A stretch of DNA of 64,000 bases. It comes from Bacteroidales bacterium. GTDB taxonomy: Bacteria > Bacteroidota > Bacteroidia > Bacteroidales > JACABE01. The notes beneath the pieces were generated by a model. That model searched no databases. It saw only the letters and a program-made list of their open reading frames with translations, and was not told the origin of the DNA. A program made the translations under genes and the position numbers. Location of the stretch: assembly GCA_023251515.1 (NCBI GenBank), contig JAHEYQ010000019.1:50-64049 (forward strand). The letters are read 5' to 3'. This document shows positions 18,483-29,551 of the stretch, piece after piece (position 1 is the first letter of the stretch; the number at the start of each line of letters is the position of its first letter).

Positions 18483-19154
18483 TTAAGCATTACAAAACAG
18501 AAAATAAACCGGAATTATATTAAATCCAACTACAATAAGAATTGAATAAATTGTCGCAAACTTCTTTATTATCGGAGTATAAACAGGATGATTTAAACCC
18601 AAAGATTGAAAAGCTGCCTGAAAAGCATGATTGAGATGGAATCCCAATACGGTAATCAATACAATATATATAATAGAATATAAATTATTTGCAAACAATG
18701 CTTTTGCAACCAGATAAAAATCAGGTTCTTCACCATTCAATGTAAATGTTGGCTCCACCCAACCCATTTTCATAAAATAAAAATTCATGAAATGGATAAT
18801 TAAGAATACAAAAACCACAAATCCTGTATAAATCATATACTTAGATAAGAAAGAAGTTGTAGATTTACTCGCCGACTTGTAAGCAACCGGTCTTGCCATC
18901 CAGTTCTGAATCTGCAATATTACACCCAATAACACGTGAATTAAAATTCCCAGAAACAAAAAGATTTCAAAGAACTTAACTATGTAATTGGTGCCCATAA
19001 AATGCGCAGCAGCATTAAACCACTCGCCGTCATCATTTCTTAGCAAACAAAGATTAATTGCTAAATGTACAACCAAAAATGTCATCAAGAAAATACCGGC
19101 AACTGCCATTACGTACTTTTTTGATAAAGAAGAATAATTTAAAATAGATTTCAT
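18483..19154 (-). CDS. sdhC: Succinate dehydrogenase cytochrome b subunit
   Basis: KKYVMAVAG..FLVVHL..N; multiple TM helices with His ligands; operon position; ATG at 19154. Confidence 0.93.
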   Translation of the reverse strand: MKSILNYSSLSKKYVMAVAGIFLMTFLVVHLAINLCLLRNDDGEWFNAAAHFMGTNYIVKFFEIFLFLGILIHVLLGVILQIQNWMARPVAYKSASKSTTSFLSKYMIYTGFVVFVFLIIHFMNFYFMKMGWVEPTFTLNGEEPDFYLVAKALFANNLYSIIYIVLITVLGFHLNHAFQAAFQSLGLNHPVYTPIIKKFATIYSILIVVGFNIIPVYFLFCNA

Positions 19155-19308
19155 ATACGCTTTGTTTTTTTGCAAAATTTATATTAGTGAAAATATATTA
19201 CAAGACATTTACTTTTTTTATGTAAGTTTGTAATTGAAAACAAATGTAACAATTTTTTTTAGGTATTGGCTTACCTTTTTAGAAATTTAGAATAATTATA
19301 AATAATAT

Positions 19309-20601
19309 ATGATAGCAAACAAGATTTCTAACACCTTATTTATCAAAAACAGAAGCAAGCTTTTATCAAAACTGCCAGCCAATTCGTTAGTCATCATCCA
19401 ATCAAACGATGAAATGCCACGCAATGGCGATCAGGTTTTCAAGTTCAGGCAAAATTCCGATTTATATTATCTTTGCGGCATCAATCAACCAAAAATTATT
19501 GTCTGTATCTGCAATTCGCATCCCAATGCTGCTTACCACGAAATTCTGTTTGCTGTTAAACCAAATCCGAATCATGCCATTTGGTATGGACATCAACCTG
19601 ATAAAGCCGAACTCCAGCAAACATCGGGCATAAAAACCATTTTCTGGCTCGAAGATTTCGAAACAGTTCTCAAAGATTTAATTACAAATACCGAAAACGT
19701 CTTTTTAAGCAGCAACGAATACATTAAGTTCATTCCTGATTTTCATGACCGCAATCATAGATTTTCATTACAAATAAAAGAAAACTATCCGCTTCATCAA
19801 TATCATCGATTATCTCCTTTGATTACTGAATTGAGATTAATTAAAGAGCCCGAAGAAATTGCAATGATAGAAACTGCCTGCGATATTACTGGAAAAGCAT
19901 TTCAAAAAGTATTAAAAACACTTAAGCCCGGCATGATGGAATATGAAGTGGAAGCAGAAATCAATCACGAATTTTTGATTAACAACATCCGCCATCATGC
20001 TTACGAACCCATCATAGCTGCTGGCGAAAACGCCTGTACGCTTCACTATGTCGAAAACTCATCTTCCTGCCAAGAGGGGGAACTTCTCCTTTTGGATTTC
20101 GGTGCCGAATACAGTAATTATGCTTCTGATTGCAGCCGTACAATTCCTGTCAGCGGCAGGTTCAGCATTCGTCAGAAAGAATATTATCAGGCAGTTCTTA
20201 ATGTTTATAATGAAATAGTGAAAGAATTTGTTGTTGGCAACTGCATCGACCATTTAAACAAGAAAACAAGCATTTTAATAGAGAAAGAATTAATCAGACT
20301 AGGGCTGTTTACTGCTGATGAAGTTGAAAAACAAAACAATGAAAGTCCGTTATACATTAAATATTATATGCATGGAGTTTCTCATTTTATGGGATTGGAT
20401 GTTCATGATGTAGGTTCAAAACAAACGGTTCTGCAAGCAGGCATGATACTCACCTGTGAACCTGGGATTTACAATAAAGATGAAAAAATCGGCATCCGAC
20501 TCGAAAATGACATTCTGATAACAGATGACGGACCTGTAAATCTGATGAAAAATATTCCGATAGAGATAGAAGAAATTGAAAAAATTATGATTAATAGATA
20601 A
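19309..20601 (+). CDS. pepP: Xaa-Pro aminopeptidase (M24B)
   Basis: FRQNSDLYYL, LHY, DFGAEY..YASDCSRT, HGVSHFMGLDVHD, TCEPGIY, GIRLEND. Confidence 0.92.
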   Translation: MIANKISNTLFIKNRSKLLSKLPANSLVIIQSNDEMPRNGDQVFKFRQNSDLYYLCGINQPKIIVCICNSHPNAAYHEILFAVKPNPNHAIWYGHQPDKAELQQTSGIKTIFWLEDFETVLKDLITNTENVFLSSNEYIKFIPDFHDRNHRFSLQIKENYPLHQYHRLSPLITELRLIKEPEEIAMIETACDITGKAFQKVLKTLKPGMMEYEVEAEINHEFLINNIRHHAYEPIIAAGENACTLHYVENSSSCQEGELLLLDFGAEYSNYASDCSRTIPVSGRFSIRQKEYYQAVLNVYNEIVKEFVVGNCIDHLNKKTSILIEKELIRLGLFTADEVEKQNNESPLYIKYYMHGVSHFMGLDVHDVGSKQTVLQAGMILTCEPGIYNKDEKIGIRLENDILITDDGPVNLMKNIPIEIEEIEKIMINR

Positions 20602-20649
20602 ATTTCTATTAATTTTGGAAAACGAAAAATAATCTTAAAAAACAAAAAT

Positions 20650-22035
20650 ATGTTTGCAAAAAATACGTATATCAACAGAAGAAATCAGTTGAAAAAAGAT
20701 GTTGCATCGGGTATCATTTTATTCCCAGGCAATAAAGATGTTGCCTTTAATTATCCTGCCAACACTTTTACATTCAGACAAGACAGCAATTTTCTTTATT
20801 TCTTTGGACTCAATCATGCCGATTTAGCAGGAATTATTGACATTGACAACAATAAAGATTATATCTTTGGCAATGATGTGGATATGGACGACATTATATG
20901 GATGGGTAATCTTCCAACAATAAAAGAACAAGCTGCAGAAGTTGGAGTTGAAAACACAGCTCCTCTTACATCAATGTATGATTTTATTACTGATGCCATT
21001 AAAGCGGGAAGAAAAATTCATTTTACTTCTCCTTATCGTGGCGAAATTCAGATGCAATTGGCAGATTTGCTTGGCATTAAATACACCAATGTAAAAAACT
21101 ACACTTCTGTTGAATTAATAAAAGCTGTAATTAAACAACGTTCAATAAAATCTTTGGAAGAGGTTGCTGAAATTGAAAAAGCCATTGCTACAGCTTACGA
21201 TATGCATACTACAGCTATGAAAATGGCAAAACCAGGCATTTACGAACGCGAAATAGCCGGTAAAATGGAAGGAATAGCTCTTTCGGCAGGTGGCCCGGTT
21301 TCATTTCCGGTTATCCTGAGTATCAACGGACAAACCTTACACAATCACTATCATGGAAATTTATTAAGCGAAGGCAGAATGATGGTTGCTGATGCTGGTT
21401 GCGAAACTGAATTGAACTATTGCAGTGATATCACACGCACAGTTCCGGTTGGAGGTAAATTCAATCAACGCCAAAAAGATGTATATGAAATTGTCTTAAA
21501 AGCAAACATGAAAGCCATTGAAGCCATTAAGCCCGGTGTTCCTTATCGCGAAATTCATCTTTTAAGTGCACGCGTTATTGCTGATGGATTAAAAGAAATC
21601 GGTTTAATGAAAGGGAATATGGAAGAAGCTGTAAGCAAAGGAGCACATGCCATGTTCTTCCCTCATGGTCTGGGTCATATGCTAGGACTTGATGTACACG
21701 ATATGGAAGGCTTAGGTGAAAACTTTGTAGGCTATGATGATGAAATCAAACGCAGCAGCCAGTTTGGCACTGCTTTCCTGCGTCTTGGTAAACGTTTGCA
21801 ACAAGGTTATGTACTCACTGTTGAGCCTGGTATATATTTTATTCCTGCCCTGATAGACCAATGGAAAGCCGAAAACAAATTCACTGAATTTATTAATTAC
21901 GATAAAGCTGAAACTTTCAAAGATTTTGGCGGTATTCGTATAGAAGACGATGTTTTGGTAACTGCTGACAGCTATAAAGTTTTGGGAAAACCAATTCCAA
22001 AAACTGTTGCAGAAATTGAAGATACAATGAAATAA
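20650..22035 (+). CDS. Xaa-Pro aminopeptidase (M24B), second paralog
   Basis: FRQDSNFLYFFG, DAG...YCSDITRT, HGLGHMLGLDVHD, TVEPGIYF, GIRIEDD. Confidence 0.93.
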   Translation: MFAKNTYINRRNQLKKDVASGIILFPGNKDVAFNYPANTFTFRQDSNFLYFFGLNHADLAGIIDIDNNKDYIFGNDVDMDDIIWMGNLPTIKEQAAEVGVENTAPLTSMYDFITDAIKAGRKIHFTSPYRGEIQMQLADLLGIKYTNVKNYTSVELIKAVIKQRSIKSLEEVAEIEKAIATAYDMHTTAMKMAKPGIYEREIAGKMEGIALSAGGPVSFPVILSINGQTLHNHYHGNLLSEGRMMVADAGCETELNYCSDITRTVPVGGKFNQRQKDVYEIVLKANMKAIEAIKPGVPYREIHLLSARVIADGLKEIGLMKGNMEEAVSKGAHAMFFPHGLGHMLGLDVHDMEGLGENFVGYDDEIKRSSQFGTAFLRLGKRLQQGYVLTVEPGIYFIPALIDQWKAENKFTEFINYDKAETFKDFGGIRIEDDVLVTADSYKVLGKPIPKTVAEIEDTMK

Positions 22036-22045
22036 AAAACACTTG

Positions 22046-22098
22046 AACAAACCGAGGATAAAACAGCTGATAAAAAGCTGTTTTATCCTCGGTTTGTT
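22046..22098 (+). terminator. Long perfect hairpin / terminator
   Basis: 23-bp perfect stem 22046-22068/22076-22098 with 7-nt loop, right after the stop codon. Confidence 0.75.
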
Positions 22099-22113
22099 AT
22101 TAAAAAAAATTAA

Positions 22114-22641
22114 ATGAAAAAATTATTATTATTCCTATTTTGTACAATTACAATTAATTGCATGGCACAAACATCTATTATGAATGCCATATATACCAGT
22201 CCACAAACAGATAGTCTTCCTTCTTTTACAGATGATCCATATTATTTTAATGAGTTTGTTGTTAGAAATTTCAAAGTAAATTCATTGATGAAAAGCCAGC
22301 CATATTATACTTATGGCACTTTAACTATTAACTTTCAGATTGATACTTTCGGAAATATTTCAGATATTAATTCATTTAGTTCTGAGAATGTTTATATTGA
22401 AAAAGAAATAATAAGAATCATATCTATAATGCCTAATTGGAAACCAGCAATAAATGATGGCGTTTTTGTTACAACAAGAGTTTATATCCCAATTAGTTAC
22501 AAAATTAAAGACAATTTTTTTGAAATTGAAGCAACCTCTTCAAAAACAGTTGCTGTAAGTAAAAAAGCCAATGGTTTTATCAAATTTGCTATTGTTGGAG
22601 TTTGTGTTTTTGCCATGTGGTTTGGTTTTTTTAATAAATAA
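22114..22641 (+). CDS. TonB C-terminal domain-like protein
   Basis: GTLTINFQIDTFGNI, EIIRIISIMPNWKPA..DGVFV..IPISY; signal peptide and C-terminal TM. Confidence 0.75.
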   Translation: MKKLLLFLFCTITINCMAQTSIMNAIYTSPQTDSLPSFTDDPYYFNEFVVRNFKVNSLMKSQPYYTYGTLTINFQIDTFGNISDINSFSSENVYIEKEIIRIISIMPNWKPAINDGVFVTTRVYIPISYKIKDNFFEIEATSSKTVAVSKKANGFIKFAIVGVCVFAMWFGFFNK

Positions 22642-22670
22642 AGCCCTCAAAATTATTGAGAGCTTTATTT
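22636..22670. terminator. Bidirectional terminator
   Basis: AAATAAAGCCCTCAA..TTGAGAGCTTTATTT between convergent genes. Confidence 0.65.
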
Positions 22671-22702
22671 TATAGTAAAAGATAAAATGCAGTAAGATTC
22701 TT

Positions 22703-25700
22703 CTATTTTATTATTACAATCTTACAATTGCTTAAATCTTTATCTGTTTCTAATCGAACAAAATATATTCCTTCTTCCAAACCTTCTGAACTTAATGAAA
22801 ATTCATAATTTCCTGAATAATAATATTGATTTACAATCTCCTTAACTTCGGCACCTTCAATATTAAACACTTTGATTCTTACATTTGAAGCTTCAGATAA
22901 ATTAAATTTCAGATTTGTATTCTTTTTAAACGGATTGGGATAAACTGTCAGATTATTGTTCTCTGCCTTTTCAATTTTATCAATCCCAACATTAATATTT
23001 TCAAACTTAAGATTACTTACCGATAAAGTAAAACTCTGGAAACTCAGTCCATTCCCCTTTTTAACAAAAGTAACTGAAACCACATCATTTGCAACAAAAT
23101 TATGTTGACCCGACTGATTTACCAATTGACTGAAAGGAATATGATAATCGCTTAAATTGTAATTAAGGTTTACGATGGTTTTATATTGTTGATTCCATTG
23201 ATTTATAGATTTTTTACTAACAATAAGCTCATATGTACCGCTTCCTATTGCAGTAAAACTTAAACCGGAATAATTGCTAAGATTTACAGGTTTATTCCCA
23301 ACTTTAAGCACTCTGAATGCTGAAACATAATCTTTTACACTACCTTCCAGATAAATATCTCTTTGTAACAAATATGCATTGCTATCCGAATTAATAACAG
23401 CTGATGAGATTGTATAATCATCTATTGTTGCACCAGCTTGGTCATAATCCAACCCCCATGGACCATCAGCATAATACAATACATCTTTCCCTCCCATTTC
23501 ATTATTAATCAATGTAAAACCTACATCAAACAAATCTTCAACAGGAATAACAACATTACTGATTTTATTTTTATTAATCGTTGAAGTCTTTTTAACTGGG
23601 TAACGATTTCCATCTTCAATTTTTGCATAATTACCATTCAATATCAATGAAGTAGCTTCAGCATTATTTTGAATTTCAAGATACATTTTACTTGTATTAT
23701 AATATCCTTTTCTCACAAAAACTGTAGGGATAGTTGATGGATATTTATTTATAAAATTCAGATTATAAGCATTGAAAACAATTCTGTTGAGAATACTTTC
23801 AACCAATTGAATCGTATATTTTTCGGAAACCGACCAAACCTGAAAATTCAGTACAGCATGGTTTCCAACTGGATGATAAGATTCCAGATCCCATTTATTA
23901 TCAATATTATAAACATTAGCTGATTTGTATGCCACAAAGCTCACTGCATAATCCACATCACCATTATCCTGAACCATTCTTGCTATAATAAAAGGATAAC
24001 CTGCAATATAAACATGTTTAATATCTTCTAATGTTGCACCATCCAAACGATCACATATTAATTTGGTATGTTCATAAACAGTACCTGACGAAGATGCGAT
24101 AGCTAAAATTGCAGCTTTTCTTTCATTTACGTTTTTATAATAATCAACAGCAAAAACCTCTATTGCATTACTGACACCTAGCAAATCTGTAGGTGTAGTA
24201 ATATATGCCTGTGAATTTAAAGGTCCTGATTGTGGAATAAAATTTACAATTTCAGTACTTGTTGATTTTGTAGCTTTTGATGTTCTTATTTCATTTGATT
24301 CCAGTTTTTCATAGGTAAATTCTGCTAAATTTTCGCTCGATGAATATTTGTATAAATTACTTAATTTATGTCGCAAAAAATTTCTGTTTGCTGTTTTGGA
24401 TGCCAGATTACCGTTACTTTCCAATCCACCATTATTCCCACTGGATGAATTTGAAACACTTACAGATGCAAAAGAAAAATTATTAAACGGATTGTTATCG
24501 GGTTGAGATTGACTTGAAACACTCACATTATTCTGAGCACTGGTATCAATGCGTGCTTTTAGAATTAATACAGCTGTATCCATTGCAGCAAGATAATTTA
24601 CAATCCACTTGCCGTTTACATTATTGTAACTTCCTTTAGACGTAACTGATGAAACATAAGTAAATGAGCTACTCAAAGTATCTAAAACTTCAATCTGAGT
24701 GGCTGAAAAATTACTTTTATTTTTCACAACAATCTGAAATACAACAGTGTCATTTTTAAAAACGCTGTCATTTGCAAGCAAATCAGGTAAAATTACTTTT
24801 TTATCAACACTTAAATCAACAGGACATCTGTTTGATGCAGAATTGGCAATTACAGTTTCATTATTTAATTTCCAACTTAAAGAATTTGTGAATTGTACTG
24901 AAAAAACATTTGAATGATACCCTGTAACAAAAACACTTGCTTGTCCAAAATCAGCAAAGTTCTGATCAAAACCATTATTAATTCCTACAGGAATAGAAAC
25001 AAAAGAATTATAAGGATTATTATATCCAAAAACAGCTGTAAAACCATTTGTTTCATTAGGATAAACACAATCTAAAATTGGTATTACAACAGCAATACCA
25101 TTATAAGCATAAACAGCAGGACTAAATTCAGAAGTTCTGTTTGCCAATGTGGCAGTTGCTGTTAGTATTGTACCATTTAAAATACTCTGATTTTTTGGAA
25201 AAAGAAATCTAAACTTTGCTGTTGAATCTGTTCCTTGATTAATTCCATTAAAAGGCATGGGACCATAAACACCGGATGTTTGATCAAAATCGGCTGAACT
25301 TCCTTCAATTGCAGAAAATAAATAATATTTACCCTGAGGGTATTCAGTAGAAGCCAAAGTATCACCAATAAAGAACTCTATTTCAGAATCTGCCGAAGCA
25401 AAACCTTCTATTTCAATTGAATCAGGCATAATTCTTACAGATGAAATTACAGGATAATTCATCAATGCATTTCCTCCAATATCGTAATCGCCTTTGTCAT
25501 TTAATGTAAAAAAAGGGAAACTTCCTTTTGAATGATTTTCTGAAGAAGTTATCAGATTAATACCAATTGCTTTTGTAGCTGCAATTCCTTGACCTGGAAA
25601 AGCACCATTACCCCAAATGGAATTCTTTGTAATGTAATGATAATCTGCACTTGAAGTAATCAAAACACCAGATCCTCTGTTAGAATGTATTATATTTTTT

Positions 25701-26725
25701 CTAATAATATCATTTTCGCCATATACTCTTATTCCTGAATTCTCCCAATTAATTATTCCATTATAATAAATAGAATTATTTTCAATTAAATTATAACCTT
25801 TTGATAAATAAGAATCAAGTCCATTAGCAGCATTATTATATATTTTATTGCATCTGATAATTTGCTTTCCTGAAGATGTTGCATAATCCATACCATCTAA
25901 TACTGAATAACCGAACCCATTGCTGGTACTTTCGTTATATTCAACCAGCCAGGAATCAGCATCAGCAGTAGCATAAATTCCTGCAATACCAGCCCATGCC
26001 AGTAAATTATGTCTCACAATTCCTGAATCAGCCCCATTTAATACCAAATTGCTTCCACCTGTATATATCAAAGAATCAGGACGATTCATTGAATTTGCTG
26101 TAATACCTAAAATGTTATTTTCGATAACTACATGCTTAATATTTCCCTGAACTACTATATTTGCGTGATTTCCAATACTTCCATTTCCAAAACCTAAAAT
26201 TGCAAGTCCTTGTATTTTAACATAAGAAGCAGCTACTTTCAAACCAATAGCCAAATTATTTGCATCAACAATTTCTATTTCCAATCCATCAAATTGAGGA
26301 AAATTTAATGAATCAACACCCACATAACCGCCAACACCCAAAATGCTTGTATTAGTGTTACCAGTAAATCGAGTTTGTGAAAAACCATCAATTACTAGAT
26401 ATTTTCTGGTAATTGGATTAAACTCAAAACCAGTAACATTTATACGAAAAACACCTCTGATATAATCATATCCGGGATCTGAAAGCGGAATATTAAATAA
26501 AATTGAATCTATAGTAGCATTAGCATTAGCATCAACAATCGCTTGCCTCAGAGAACCTTGCCCAGAACTATTTGTATTTGTTACAACTATTGAATTTGAA
26601 TACTGAGCACTCAAATAATCAGAACTTTCAAGATAATTTTCACTCTTGAAATCTGAATTTGAAAATGAATGAACATAAGCAAAAACAAATAATACTAAAA
26701 GTAATATTGATTTTTTTATTTTCAT
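22703..26725 (-). CDS. T9SS type A cargo protein (beta-helix region, DUF11-like domain)
   Basis: Signal peptide; VTNTNSSGQGSLRQAIVDAN; beta-helix-like repeats; DLSVDK..VVFQIVVKN..VLDTL (DUF11-like); C-terminal VYPNPF...GIYFVRL...KIVIIK. Confidence 0.85.
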   Translation of the reverse strand: MKIKKSILLLVLFVFAYVHSFSNSDFKSENYLESSDYLSAQYSNSIVVTNTNSSGQGSLRQAIVDANANATIDSILFNIPLSDPGYDYIRGVFRINVTGFEFNPITRKYLVIDGFSQTRFTGNTNTSILGVGGYVGVDSLNFPQFDGLEIEIVDANNLAIGLKVAASYVKIQGLAILGFGNGSIGNHANIVVQGNIKHVVIENNILGITANSMNRPDSLIYTGGSNLVLNGADSGIVRHNLLAWAGIAGIYATADADSWLVEYNESTSNGFGYSVLDGMDYATSSGKQIIRCNKIYNNAANGLDSYLSKGYNLIENNSIYYNGIINWENSGIRVYGENDIIRKNIIHSNRGSGVLITSSADYHYITKNSIWGNGAFPGQGIAATKAIGINLITSSENHSKGSFPFFTLNDKGDYDIGGNALMNYPVISSVRIMPDSIEIEGFASADSEIEFFIGDTLASTEYPQGKYYLFSAIEGSSADFDQTSGVYGPMPFNGINQGTDSTAKFRFLFPKNQSILNGTILTATATLANRTSEFSPAVYAYNGIAVVIPILDCVYPNETNGFTAVFGYNNPYNSFVSIPVGINNGFDQNFADFGQASVFVTGYHSNVFSVQFTNSLSWKLNNETVIANSASNRCPVDLSVDKKVILPDLLANDSVFKNDTVVFQIVVKNKSNFSATQIEVLDTLSSSFTYVSSVTSKGSYNNVNGKWIVNYLAAMDTAVLILKARIDTSAQNNVSVSSQSQPDNNPFNNFSFASVSVSNSSSGNNGGLESNGNLASKTANRNFLRHKLSNLYKYSSSENLAEFTYEKLESNEIRTSKATKSTSTEIVNFIPQSGPLNSQAYITTPTDLLGVSNAIEVFAVDYYKNVNERKAAILAIASSSGTVYEHTKLICDRLDGATLEDIKHVYIAGYPFIIARMVQDNGDVDYAVSFVAYKSANVYNIDNKWDLESYHPVGNHAVLNFQVWSVSEKYTIQLVESILNRIVFNAYNLNFINKYPSTIPTVFVRKGYYNTSKMYLEIQNNAEATSLILNGNYAKIEDGNRYPVKKTSTINKNKISNVVIPVEDLFDVGFTLINNEMGGKDVLYYADGPWGLDYDQAGATIDDYTISSAVINSDSNAYLLQRDIYLEGSVKDYVSAFRVLKVGNKPVNLSNYSGLSFTAIGSGTYELIVSKKSINQWNQQYKTIVNLNYNLSDYHIPFSQLVNQSGQHNFVANDVVSVTFVKKGNGLSFQSFTLSVSNLKFENINVGIDKIEKAENNNLTVYPNPFKKNTNLKFNLSEASNVRIKVFNIEGAEVKEIVNQYYYSGNYEFSLSSEGLEEGIYFVRLETDKDLSNCKIVIIK

Positions 26726-27057
26726 GATTTATAAATAACTAACAAAACATTATTATCAAAATTCATTCCCTTAATTAAAACATAGTAACAATCACTATAT
26801 TAACTACTGTTTTACAAACAATTACAAAAATAAAAACAAGCAAATTTGAAAAACAAGCAATTAAAATCTGTCCCAAAAAAGGAATTACTTATCATTTTTG
26901 CATATATCAAAAATATTCTTATAACAAACTGATTTAATGGGATATAAATAAGACAATTTATAATTGATTAAAAAAAAATGAAAAATAGAATTGTCAGTTA
27001 AAAAAAAAATTATAATTTTATCAAAAAAACTACATTTAAAAATTAAAATTGATTTTT

Positions 27058-28254
27058 ATGAAAAGGATATGTGATGCAAACTTTAAAGGGAAAAAAGTAT
27101 TAATCAGAGTGGATTTCAATGTTCCATTGAACCACAACAGACAGATAACTGATGATACCCGAATTATAGAATCATTACCAACAATTAAAAAAGTCCTAAG
27201 CGACGGAGCTTCAGTAATATTAATGTCACATTTAGGACGTCCTAAAGGCGGATATGAAGATGATTATTCTTTAACACCAATTGTGCCACATTTATCCAAA
27301 TTACTGAATAAAAACATTATTTTTACAAGAGATTTATTTGGACAAAAAACCATAGATGCAGCCGCAAAATTAAAACCAGGTGAAATAATTTTGATGGAAA
27401 ACCTGCGTTTTTATCCTGAGGAAACCAAAGGTGATGTAGAGTTTGCAAGAAAACTTGCCAGCTTAGGCGATGCTTATATTAATGATGCATTCGGAACTTC
27501 ACACAGAGAACATGCTTCAACGGCAACGATTGCTCAATTTTTTCCAAAAGCCAAATATTTTGGGCTATTGCTTGAAAATGAAATTGAAAATCTCGAAAAA
27601 TTATTAAATCAATCAAAATCACCATTTACTGCAATCATCGGTGGAGCAAAAGTATCAAGTAAAATTGAAATTATCAAAAACTTACTCCCAAAAGTTGATA
27701 ATATGATTATTGGAGGAGGAATGGCATTCACTTTTATCAAAGCATTGGGAGGAAAAGTAGGAGATTCATTGATAGAAGAAGACAAAATAGAAATCGCCAG
27801 AGAAATTGTTCAGGAAATGATGTTAAAAGGTGTAAATCTCTATTTACCAACTGATGCAGTTGTTTCTGATGCATTTTCCAATGAAGCAAACACCAAAGTA
27901 GTTTCTGCTGATGATATTGCACCGGAATGGATGGGATTAGATATTGGGCCCAAAAGTTGCAGACGTTTTGCTGAAATCATAAATAATTCAGAAACAATAT
28001 TATGGAACGGTCCTATGGGCGTTTTTGAAATGGACAAATTTAAACAAGGAACAAAAGCAATTGCCATTGCTACGGCAAGTGCTACTATATCAGGAGCTTT
28101 CTCTGCTGTTGGAGGCGGAGACTCTGTAGCTGCAATAAATCAATATAATATCTCAGACCAAATCAGTTACGTTTCAACTGGAGGAGGAGCAATGCTTGAA
28201 TATCTTGAAGGCAAAGTACTTCCGGGTGTAAGAGCAATATTGAATGGCAAATAA
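27058..28254 (+). CDS. pgk: Phosphoglycerate kinase
   Basis: RVDFNVP, SHLGRP, ENLRF, NDAFGTSHR, GGAKVS, WNGPMGVFE, STGGGA. Confidence 0.98.
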   Translation: MKRICDANFKGKKVLIRVDFNVPLNHNRQITDDTRIIESLPTIKKVLSDGASVILMSHLGRPKGGYEDDYSLTPIVPHLSKLLNKNIIFTRDLFGQKTIDAAAKLKPGEIILMENLRFYPEETKGDVEFARKLASLGDAYINDAFGTSHREHASTATIAQFFPKAKYFGLLLENEIENLEKLLNQSKSPFTAIIGGAKVSSKIEIIKNLLPKVDNMIIGGGMAFTFIKALGGKVGDSLIEEDKIEIAREIVQEMMLKGVNLYLPTDAVVSDAFSNEANTKVVSADDIAPEWMGLDIGPKSCRRFAEIINNSETILWNGPMGVFEMDKFKQGTKAIAIATASATISGAFSAVGGGDSVAAINQYNISDQISYVSTGGGAMLEYLEGKVLPGVRAILNGK

Positions 28255-28258
28255 AAAT

Positions 28259-28297
28259 AAAAAAGAGCTTTTTAAAATTTAAAAAGCTCTTTTTTTT
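28259..28297. terminator. Bidirectional terminator
   Basis: AAAAAAGAGCTTTTTAAA-A-TTTAAAAAGCTCTTTTTT between convergent genes. Confidence 0.8.
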
Positions 28298-28856
28298 ATT
28301 TAATTTTTTCTTTGATATTTATAACATTCACATTTTCAATATATTTAATTATATTGAAATAAGCTTCATGAAAATTATAATCTCCTTTTCGCATTTCATT
28401 TATTGCCTGTTGTTTACTCCATCCTGCATAAATAATTCTGTACATAGCAATTACAACTCCAGTTCGATCTGCACCATGAACACAATGTACCAATAAAGGC
28501 TTGGGAGATAAACGCATAACTTTAAGAGCCTCTATAATTTCTTCATCAGAAAACAATTCTGCTGACATTTTTACATTATATAATTTAAAAGGTAAATTTC
28601 CGACTAATTTCTCATCAACAGCTTTAGAACGCAAACTTAAAATACTTTTAATGCCTATACTATCGAGACTTTTAAATCCCTTTTCATCAGGCTGTTCCGA
28701 GCGATATAAACTATCATTAAGCCTATATAAATTTTTAAATTTACTAATTTTTAATGATTTTGCCCAATTCTCAGGTCTATCGCTTTGTGCAAATAAACTT
28801 AAATTAAAGCCATTGATTATAATAAAAAATCCTAAAATTATTTTTATATTCTTCAT
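28296..28856 (-). CDS. Secreted dual-specificity/tyrosine protein phosphatase family protein
   Basis: LYRSEQP, VHCVHGADRTG (CX5R) motif; signal peptide from ATG 28856. Confidence 0.9.
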   Translation of the reverse strand: MKNIKIILGFFIIINGFNLSLFAQSDRPENWAKSLKISKFKNLYRLNDSLYRSEQPDEKGFKSLDSIGIKSILSLRSKAVDEKLVGNLPFKLYNVKMSAELFSDEEIIEALKVMRLSPKPLLVHCVHGADRTGVVIAMYRIIYAGWSKQQAINEMRKGDYNFHEAYFNIIKYIENVNVINIKEKIK

Positions 28857-28921
28857 ATTATAATTAAAAAAAGCATCGATAAACATCTTTTTACCAATGC
28901 TTTAATAAAAAAAGATTAAAC

Positions 28922-29530
28922 CTATTTCTGTTGATCCAAATAAAGTTGAAGTAATCGGGCAACATATTTGCCAAATACATCAAACTCAATATTTACTGTA
29001 GTTCCCTGTTTAAAATTATGAAAATTAGTTACCTGATAAGTAAAAGGAATAATAGCTACAGAAAACAATCCGGGCTCTGAATCAACAACAGTTAAACTAA
29101 CACCATTAACTGATATCGAACCTTTTGGAACTGTAATATTATTTTTTGTAACATCATAAGTATAAGTAAATTTCCAACTACCATCCATTTCCTCAACTTT
29201 CTGGCAAACAGCCGTCTGATCTACATGACCTTGTACAATATGACCATCAAATCTACCGTCCATTCTCATTGAACGTTCCAAATTTACTTCATACCCAGGA
29301 TACCATGTTCCCAAGTTTGTTTTATCTAAAGTTTCCTGAATTGCTGTTACAACATATTGTTTTTTAGCATGATCAACCTTAACAATAGTTAAACACACTC
29401 CATCATGGCTCATACTCTGATCAATTTTCAATTCATCTGCTATTTCAGTTTCAATTGTAATATTAAAATTTGTCTTGTCGTTTTCAATACTAATTACTTT
29501 TCCTGTTTTTTCTACAATCCCTGTAAACAT
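28922..29530 (-). CDS. ribE: Riboflavin synthase
   Basis: N-terminal MFTGIV, GVCLT, VNLERS, GHIVQGHVD, NGVSLTV, VNIEFD. Confidence 0.97.
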   Translation of the reverse strand: MFTGIVEKTGKVISIENDKTNFNITIETEIADELKIDQSMSHDGVCLTIVKVDHAKKQYVVTAIQETLDKTNLGTWYPGYEVNLERSMRMDGRFDGHIVQGHVDQTAVCQKVEEMDGSWKFTYTYDVTKNNITVPKGSISVNGVSLTVVDSEPGLFSVAIIPFTYQVTNFHNFKQGTTVNIEFDVFGKYVARLLQLYLDQQK

Positions 29531-29551
29531 ATATTATTCTGATTTAATTAA

